DNA from: Candidatus Bathyarchaeota archaeon
GTDB lineage: Archaea; Thermoproteota; Bathyarchaeia; Bathyarchaeales; Bathycorpusculaceae
Assembly: GCA_963715865.1 (NCBI GenBank)
Contig: OY970280.1
Span: 1,888,001 to 1,952,000, forward strand
DNA length: 64,000 bases
Reading direction: 5' to 3'
Positions 58,058-64,000 of the stretch are shown piece after piece. The translations under genes and the position numbers were made by a program. A model generated the notes under the pieces. The model worked only from the letters and a program-made list of their open reading frames with translations, was not told where the DNA came from and ran no database searches. Each line of letters starts with the position of its first letter. Position 1 is the first letter of the stretch.

Positions 58058-58699
58058 TTAGCTTTCCTCTTCACATTTACCCTTCGATTTCAAGCCTAAA
58101 GCCAAAAGGTACATTTCAGAACTTTTAGCTCGGCTGGCCTGAGGCTTCACAATCTTAACTGTTTCAAAAAGATTCTTTACTGTTTGAATAAAATCGTTGA
58201 GCAAGTCACCTTCAAAAACCTTAACAAAAAAGTTCCCTGAGGGTCTCAGTAGGCATTGGGCTATTTCTAATGCTTTGGTCGCTAAGTCGATTTGTCTTGC
58301 ATGGTCAACTTCCCATACCCCAGTAATGTTCGGTGCAGCATCAGAAATTACCACATCCGCTTCGCGAGGTAAGAAAGAGCGTATTTCCTCTACTATTCCC
58401 GGCTCAGTTAAGTCTGCAACTATTGTCCTAACGTATTCCTGAGTGAAAGGGTCGATTGGTTTCAAGTCGACGCCTAGAACAAAACCGTTTTTTCCAGTCA
58501 TTTTCCTTGCTGCTTGAATCCAGCCGCCTGGCGCAGCACCTAAATCGACTACTATGTCGTTTCTTTGTATGAAACCATATTTCTCGTTGGCTTGAACTAG
58601 CTTGTATGTGGCTCTGGAGCGGTAGTTTTCTTCTTTGGCTTTTTTATAGTAGTATTCGCGTTTTCTATCTTGGATCCAAGCTTTCGGCAACTGAACCAT
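58058..58699 (-). CDS. rlmE: 23S rRNA 2'-O-methyltransferase RlmE/FtsJ
   Basis: YRSRATYKL, DLGAAPGGW, SDAAP, KVF, KPQASR..SSE.Y. Confidence 0.95.
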   Translation of the reverse strand: MVQLPKAWIQDRKREYYYKKAKEENYRSRATYKLVQANEKYGFIQRNDIVVDLGAAPGGWIQAARKMTGKNGFVLGVDLKPIDPFTQEYVRTIVADLTEPGIVEEIRSFLPREADVVISDAAPNITGVWEVDHARQIDLATKALEIAQCLLRPSGNFFVKVFEGDLLNDFIQTVKNLFETVKIVKPQASRAKSSEMYLLALGLKSKGKCEEES

Positions 58700-59096
58700 C
58701 CTCTTGTGTGCTGGGTGCGCTCGGACCTTCAGGAATAGCGGTAGCCTCTTTTCCTAAACCTAAAACCCAATCAGTTAATTTTGGGCAGGTTTTAGGGGAA
58801 AGTGCGGTTGTTGGGTCACACCTTGCGTTGTCTGGACAGAGCAAGCATGGGCAGTCAACGATGGTTTCTATTGATGCTGGAAGCCTTTTTGGGTAAAGCC
58901 GATAGGTCCATCTGCCTTCTTGCAGTTCTTTTTCTCGGCGGATTAACCCTTTTTCTTCTAGTTTAATGGAGACGCGTGAGCCTTCTCGGCTGCTTGCGCC
59001 TAGTTCTCGCCATAAGTCTGATTGAAGCACGCCTTGATAACCTGTGTTTACCACATAATGGAGTGCTTTCTGTTCAAGGTCATTACGTTTAGGCAT
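58665..59096 (-). CDS. Transcription factor E beta subunit (RPC34/C39-like; wHTH + FeS cluster)
   Basis: GVLQSDLW...SIKLEEKGLIRR wHTH; CPCLLCPDNARC-x10-CPKLTDW matches the RPC34/TFE beta [4Fe-4S] motif. Confidence 0.8.
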   Translation of the reverse strand: MPKRNDLEQKALHYVVNTGYQGVLQSDLWRELGASSREGSRVSIKLEEKGLIRREKELQEGRWTYRLYPKRLPASIETIVDCPCLLCPDNARCDPTTALSPKTCPKLTDWVLGLGKEATAIPEGPSAPSTQEDGSVAESLDPR

Positions 59097-59179
59097 CTAA
59101 TATCAATCCAGATAATGCAATTAGAATATAAGCGTTGAATTCACATAAAAATATGTATCCCTTAAAAAACTTGGAATCC

Positions 59180-60214
59180 ATGGAAAACATGCCGAAAAAG
59201 CAGCGAAATGAGGAAATTTACTGTTTAGGCATAGAATCTACAGCGGATGATTTCGGTGTTGGAATAGCCGCCTTTAACGGAGAAATACTCGCCAATAAAT
59301 CCGACAGTTACATACCAGCGGAAGGCGGAATCCACCCCAGAGAAGCAGCAAGGCATCATGCTGAAGTGGCTGATAAAGTCCTAAACGATGCCTTAAGTGC
59401 AGCTGGTGTAAAACCAAGTGACCTGGCGGTTATCGCTTTTTCTCAAGGTCCAGGTTTAGGACCATGTTTGCGCACGGGAGCTACTGTTGCCCGAGCTTTA
59501 GCTTCGTATCTTAACATTCCCCTTGTGGGTGTTAACCATTCCGTGGCGCACATTGAGATTGGGAAACTTAAAACTGGCGTTGTTGACCCTGTGACCCTTT
59601 ACGCTTCAGGAGGCAACACTATGGTGACGGCTTTTGAGTCTGGGCGCTACAGAGTTTTCGGTGAAACCTTGGATATTGCGCTTGGGAATTGTTTGGATGT
59701 TTTTGCTCGGGAAGCTGGTCTTAAGCATCGGAAGGGTTTGCCGCTTGGGGCTGCCGTGGAGCGGCTGGCGTCTGATGGGAAAAGGCTGGTTTCTTTGCCG
59801 TATGTTGTGAAGGGCATGGACTTATCCCTTAGCGGTTTATTGACTGCGGCAACGGCTCTGCTACACAGGGGCGACTGTTGCTTGGAGGATTTGTGTTATA
59901 GTCTTCAGGAGAACGCTTTTTCAATGGTGACTGAAGTTACTGAGCGGGCGTTGGCGCATACTGAGAAGGAGGAGGTTTTGTTAACTGGCGGGGTAGCAGC
60001 CAATAAACGGTTGCAATCCATGCTTGCTGTTATCGCGGAGGAGCATGATGCGCGGTTTAGTGTGGTTCCGCTTGAGTTTGCAACTGACAACGGCGCCATG
60101 ATTGCTTGGACTGGCGTTTTAGCTTACAGGCACGGATTGGTTACGCCTTTGGACGAGAGTTTTGTTAAGTTGCGGTGGCGAGTGGATAAGGTGGATGTGC
60201 CATGGATACAGTAG
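59180..60214 (+). CDS. kae1: t6A synthase Kae1 (KEOPS)
   Basis: GIESTA, GGIHPREAARHH, GPGLGPCL, VNHSVAHIE, SGGNT, GGVAAN, DNGAMIA; exact start uncertain. Confidence 0.95.
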   Translation: MENMPKKQRNEEIYCLGIESTADDFGVGIAAFNGEILANKSDSYIPAEGGIHPREAARHHAEVADKVLNDALSAAGVKPSDLAVIAFSQGPGLGPCLRTGATVARALASYLNIPLVGVNHSVAHIEIGKLKTGVVDPVTLYASGGNTMVTAFESGRYRVFGETLDIALGNCLDVFAREAGLKHRKGLPLGAAVERLASDGKRLVSLPYVVKGMDLSLSGLLTAATALLHRGDCCLEDLCYSLQENAFSMVTEVTERALAHTEKEEVLLTGGVAANKRLQSMLAVIAEEHDARFSVVPLEFATDNGAMIAWTGVLAYRHGLVTPLDESFVKLRWRVDKVDVPWIQ

Positions 60215-60861
60215 CCGAGCAAACGCTGCTTAAGAAAGGCGCGGAAGCCAGCCTCTACCTTGCCGATTGGCATGGAAGAAAAGTAGTCGTCAAGGTGCGA
60301 ATCCCTAAAAAGTACCGTCCAGCAGCGTTGGATGAGCAGATTCGAAGTTACCGAACAGTGCATGAACCGCAGTTGATGCATGAAGCGAAAGCGGCTGGCG
60401 TGCCGACTCCGCTGATATACATGGTTAATGTTCCAGAAGCTTCGATTACGATGGAGTATGTTGAAGGGCAGCAGATTAAGCAGCTACTGAACAGGGTTCC
60501 GCAGGACAAACGAAGAGAATTGTGCGTTAAAATCGGTGAATTAATCGGAAAACTGCACAGACAAGGCTTAATCCACGGCGACCTTACAACCTCAAACATG
60601 ATCCTTAGCCCAGAAGGCAAAATTTACTTTGTTGACTTCGGCTTGGGCGAAAAAAATATCGAGTTAGAGGCGCAGGGTGTGGATTTGCATTTGATGAAGC
60701 GGGCGCTGCAGAGTACGCATTACCAGTTCTGGGAAGAATGCTTCAAAAACGTGTTGTATGGTTACTCGTTGGTTTTAGGTGTCGAGGCAGTGGAAAAGGT
60801 TTATGAGAAAATCAGGGAGATAGAGAGGCGTGGCCGCTATGTCGAGGAAAGAAAACAATAA
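60202..60861 (+). CDS. bud32: KEOPS kinase Bud32
   Basis: KGAEA, HGDLTTSN, DFGLG, DLHL, RGRY. Confidence 0.95.
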   Translation: MDTVAEQTLLKKGAEASLYLADWHGRKVVVKVRIPKKYRPAALDEQIRSYRTVHEPQLMHEAKAAGVPTPLIYMVNVPEASITMEYVEGQQIKQLLNRVPQDKRRELCVKIGELIGKLHRQGLIHGDLTTSNMILSPEGKIYFVDFGLGEKNIELEAQGVDLHLMKRALQSTHYQFWEECFKNVLYGYSLVLGVEAVEKVYEKIREIERRGRYVEERKQ

Positions 60862-61465
60862 CCAAACCTGCAGTCTCAATGGCAAGGTTGTCTTTTTTGC
60901 CACGGGCAACGTTAACAAGTTTAACGAAGCACGAAGCATTCTTAGCCCTTACGGCATTGCGGTCGGAATGCTACGCGTAAAAGGCGACGAGATACAAAGC
61001 GACAGCCTCAAAGAAATAGCCCAACAAAGCGCCATAAACGCGTATAAGCGAAGCCGACTGCCCATTTTTGTGGAAGATGCAGGTTTATTTATCGATGCCC
61101 TAAGCGGTTTTCCTGGTCCTTATGCGGCTTACGCGTATAAAACGATTCATAACAGCGGCATTCTGAAGCTAATGGAAAACGTGAAAGATAGGCGAGCGAA
61201 ATTCCAGTCAGTCATAGCTTACAGCGACGAAACCCTCTGCGAACCAGAATGCTTCGACGGCGAATCCAATGGCGAAATAACCTTAACTGAACGCAGGCAG
61301 AAGGGAAAATCAGCTTTTGGCTTTGACCCGATTTTTCAGCCACTTGGGAGCAGTAAGTCGTTTGCGGAAATGACTATTGAGGAGAAGAATGGTTTTTCTC
61401 ATAGGGCGATGGCTATACGGAAATTCGCTGAATGGTACAAACAAAGCTTATTCGCAAAAAAGTGA
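60839..61465 (+). CDS. rdgB: Non-canonical purine NTP pyrophosphatase
   Basis: ATGNVNKF, EDAGL, GFPGPY, FGFDPIF, SHRA; start uncertain. Confidence 0.94.
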   Translation: MSRKENNNQTCSLNGKVVFFATGNVNKFNEARSILSPYGIAVGMLRVKGDEIQSDSLKEIAQQSAINAYKRSRLPIFVEDAGLFIDALSGFPGPYAAYAYKTIHNSGILKLMENVKDRRAKFQSVIAYSDETLCEPECFDGESNGEITLTERRQKGKSAFGFDPIFQPLGSSKSFAEMTIEEKNGFSHRAMAIRKFAEWYKQSLFAKK

Positions 61466-61704
61466 TTTATAGACCATAATCCTAATACTAACCTTATGAA
61501 AGAGCTGACCTTCTACATTACTGATGCTGAAAAAATAAACAAAAAATACGGTGAAGATTATGTTTGCCGTGAAATTAATTCAATCTCCAACTCAATGCAG
61601 AAATGTCTCTCAGAAGTGGAGCAAATTTTAGTATTATAATAACTTCCCGTTTTAAGTTGTATTAATCAATTGTTTAAACTTTCAAAAATTGCGCCCGATA
61701 TTAG

Positions 61705-61741
61705 TTTCGCTATCAGCGAAATTATTTAAAGCGGAGCGAAA
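61705..61741 (+). repeat. Left copy of 37-bp inverted operator/TATA module
   Basis: TTTCGCTATCAGCGAAA-TTATTTAAAGCG-GAGCGAAA. Confidence 0.85.
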
Positions 61742-61743
61742 GT

Positions 61744-62421
61744 TTACCGCGGACGTTTTTGGCTCTTTCTGGAATTCCAATCTTTCTCAAGGCTTTCAAG
61801 CAGAACGCCAGCAGCTTCTTCTCCTCGGGCAGGATAGTTAAAGAGGTCCACGTATAGCTGTACCTTACTCACAACGCTAACCTCGCCTATTTTGGTCAAG
61901 CCGTAAAACACTCCTTCATCATATGGCAAAACCATAGATACATTTCCACCTTTTTCGGTTGGTCTCAAGTCCAACTGTTGAGCTATACTCACAGCTTTGT
62001 CCCTTTCTTTGATGTAGAAGTGGATAGTCGTTGGTCTCACGTAGGGCGCAATAAGATTAGCACCCGCTAAGACAGTGAGAGCATATCCTGCGCTGCTTAA
62101 CTCTTTCATCTTCGAAATAAAAACTTCAATATCTCTCTCGAAAGTATGATAATTCAAGAATGTGTTCATAGAAGTATAGTTGTTAAATGCAGCCCACCGT
62201 TGCAAAAGTCTCACGGGATCCGACACATTTAGCTCATATCGGTCATCTCTATCAACATGCCCTTGATCGATTAGCGACATCACAACGGCATGAGTAAAAC
62301 CCAAAGAAACCTTTGACTCTTTTGACAAGCCCTCGATGGTCCAGCCTTTGAAAGGATCAATAAGGAGAACCCGTAGTACGCGGGAGGCTTTAGGCGAAAA
62401 AATGTTCCGTACCTTTCTCAT
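61744..62421 (-). CDS. Type IV TA AbiEi-like antitoxin / wHTH regulator
   Basis: N-terminal wHTH (RVLRVLL...LSKES.VSLG); C-terminal VSKVQLYVDL...RGEEAA. Confidence 0.75.
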   Translation of the reverse strand: MRKVRNIFSPKASRVLRVLLIDPFKGWTIEGLSKESKVSLGFTHAVVMSLIDQGHVDRDDRYELNVSDPVRLLQRWAAFNNYTSMNTFLNYHTFERDIEVFISKMKELSSAGYALTVLAGANLIAPYVRPTTIHFYIKERDKAVSIAQQLDLRPTEKGGNVSMVLPYDEGVFYGLTKIGEVSVVSKVQLYVDLFNYPARGEEAAGVLLESLEKDWNSRKSQKRPR

Positions 62422-62434
62422 ATGGGAAAGATTG

Positions 62435-62471
62435 TTTCGCTCTCATTTATAAAGTTTCGCTATTAGCGAAA
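62435..62471 (-). repeat. Right copy of 37-bp inverted operator/TATA module
   Basis: Reverse complement TTTCGCTAATAGCGAAA-CTTTATAAATGA-GAGCGAAA; 29/37 identical to the left copy. Confidence 0.85.
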
Positions 62472-62544
62472 ACGAAGCTTAAACTATAAAAAGGGTTCAG
62501 AAAGTAAATTGTCCCAACCCTCAAATAGTTAAAGGTGACTATAC

Positions 62545-63342
62545 TTGTACGATAGGAACCAGACTGAAGTTTCTAAGGGCGCGCTCGTTGAGCTGGCTCT
62601 AGCATTGGGACTTTACAAGGATGACCTAGTTTTAGCTGGTGGATGGACTCCCTATTTCTTAAGCCAAGGTTACATAGAGCATTGTGGCTCTGTTGATATA
62701 GACTTAGTGTTGCGTCCTTCCATTATGGCTCGGTACGAGTCAATTCGGGATATCGTACTGAGTCTCGGTTATGAACCCACGGAAAACCCTTTCCGTTTAC
62801 AACGAGAACTTGTTGCTCTTAACGGAGCACCTTTCCCATTTCATCTTGATTTTCTTACAGAGCCAGAGGCAAAGAGTCAAGTAAAAAACTTGATAGAAGT
62901 TCAAGAAGGGTTACAAGCAGTCTTTATTCCTGGTTGTAGCATCGTATTCACTTATAACTACTTGGAAACTGTCAGGGGTACTTTGCCTAAGGGTGGAGAG
63001 GGCGTTGTCAACATTAAAACCTCCGATATAGTTGGAACACTAACGATGAAAGGTCTTGCACTGGGCCGTTCACGAAAGTTGGAGAAAGACAGTTATGACA
63101 TATACACAGTGGCTGGTTTCCATGGAGGAGATCCTTACAAAGCTGCCTCCATCTTCAAGCAATTGGTAAAAAAGCTAGGCAATGCCGTTATACTTGAAGT
63201 CACAGATATAGCCCTTAAAAAGATCAGAGATGGTTTCGCTTCGTCAAACAGTTATGCGGCTCGAGCAGTTTCACGCTTCGTTGAAGAAGACGTGTCAACA
63301 GACGCATCAGAAAGAGTCTCAGCATTTATTTCCAAAATATAG
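62545..63342 (+). CDS. Pol-beta superfamily nucleotidyltransferase (AbiEii-like toxin)
   Basis: LVLAGGW, HCGSVDIDL (GS-x-D-x-D), KDSYDIY; AAGGTGA SD before TTG. Confidence 0.75.
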   Translation: MYDRNQTEVSKGALVELALALGLYKDDLVLAGGWTPYFLSQGYIEHCGSVDIDLVLRPSIMARYESIRDIVLSLGYEPTENPFRLQRELVALNGAPFPFHLDFLTEPEAKSQVKNLIEVQEGLQAVFIPGCSIVFTYNYLETVRGTLPKGGEGVVNIKTSDIVGTLTMKGLALGRSRKLEKDSYDIYTVAGFHGGDPYKAASIFKQLVKKLGNAVILEVTDIALKKIRDGFASSNSYAARAVSRFVEEDVSTDASERVSAFISKI

Positions 63343-63412
63343 AATGACAACGCAAAACATGCATATGTGGGTGTTTATCAAAAAATTTTTTTCCCCTCAC
63401 TTGCTCACCAAC

Positions 63413-63604
63413 TCAAGGGCACTCGATAATTTTAGGCAAAAAGCCTAACAAGCTTTCAGGGTTCTTCCCAATTCTGTCACAATACAACCTTAACCGTCGT
63501 AAGAAAACACGTTTTGTTGCATCGGAAACCAACTTATTGTACCAAGTCTTATCAGACTCAAAGCTCAAAATCCACCTGGTCAATTCTTCCGTCTGAGGGC
63601 TCAT
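63413..63604 (-). pseudogene. Truncated tyrosine recombinase/integrase (N-terminal fragment only)
   Basis: TKRVFLRRLRLYCDRIGKNPESLL resembles the SAM-like N-domain of archaeal integrases; ends after 63 aa with no catalytic domain. Confidence 0.5.
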
Positions 63605-63744
63605 ATTTCATTACCTCTAGAAGAATAATACAATTTTAATTCGGGAAGAAAGAGGAAGCCAAAAATCGAAATAGTTCTGCCTGTGGTTGGAGCTACTTTT
63701 AAATATTCGTGAGGTATGGTTTAGGTGCAGTTTAAGGTGTAAAG

Positions 63745-64000
63745 ATGCCAAAGCAGGAAAAAGGAAAATCACATTCAATACGACCAGTCAGCAGGCGTCC
63801 TCCAAGCTGGTGTAAGTACCAGCCTGAAGAAGTAGAATCATTCATAATAAAATTAGCCAAGGAAGGTCACTCACTCAGCAGCATAGGCACCATCCTTAGG
63901 GATCAATACGCGATTCCACTGGTGAAGCCTATAGTTGGCAAAAGCATAAGCGACGTTCTCCAAGGCGCAGGATTAGCCCCATCCTTGCCAGAAGACCTAT
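63745..64000 (+). CDS. rps15: 30S ribosomal protein S15 (uS15), 3' partial; not in the ORF track
   Basis: Manual translation MPKQEKGKSHSIRPVSRRPPSWCKY.PEEVE..IIKLAKEG...IGTILRDQYAIP...LPEDL. Confidence 0.95.
   Translation, partial: MPKQEKGKSHSIRPVSRRPPSWCKYQPEEVESFIIKLAKEGHSLSSIGTILRDQYAIPLVKPIVGKSISDVLQGAGLAPSLPEDL

Larger units (their letters stand above)
61466..63700. mobile_element. Accessory island or decayed integrative element between rdgB and rps15
   Basis: AbiE-like pair and integrase fragment interrupt the usual kae1-bud32-rdgB-rps15 neighbourhood; no att repeats found, so boundaries are approximate. Confidence 0.6.

Noticed and set aside
61496-61639. 47-aa ORF in frame after the rdgB stop (possible readthrough or microprotein)
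   Set aside because: No SD and no motif; RdgB homology is already complete before the TGA
200-63448. Numerous 60-150 aa ORFs antisense to or overlapping well-supported genes (e.g. 200..421, 1292..1705, 14387..14836, 26073..26429, 45657..46067, 55833..56297, 57654..58031)
   Set aside because: Shadow frames of real genes with no recognisable motifs or SD

Overview
Archaeal chromosomal segment, most likely Bathyarchaeia (TACK). This is inferred from gene content (TFE alpha plus a TFE beta/RPC34-like gene, arcadin-1-like gene, PEF-CTERM surface protein, archaeal ThrRS/ProRS, AOR, ACD), not from a database search. About 70 CDS are present, mostly core information-processing and metabolic genes (thrS, proS, nac, mbf1, hflX, trm56, tfe, rtcA, trm5, glmS, pcm, fen1, ef1b, cdc48, pth2, truD, psmB, nadC, rlmE, kae1, bud32, rdgB, rps15), plus one tRNA-Val(TAC). 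No rRNA or CRISPR array was seen. There are three small accessory blocks: (i) a 1.36 kb att-flanked insert at the tRNA-Val 3' end carrying a PLD-family nuclease; (ii) a VapBC/regulator block after fen1; (iii) an island between rdgB and rps15 with a divergent AbiEi-like/nucleotidyltransferase pair, a 37-bp inverted operator/TATA module on both sides of the AbiEi-like gene, and an integrase remnant. The most unusual signal is ACG where ATG is expected at three gene starts. In hflX a single C-to-T change would create both the hflX start and the mbf1 stop as an ATGA overlap; trm56 and a PrsW-like gene show the same ACG. mbf1 and proS each carry a single-base +1 frameshift, so assembly error must be excluded first. 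All family assignments come from motif recognition by eye.
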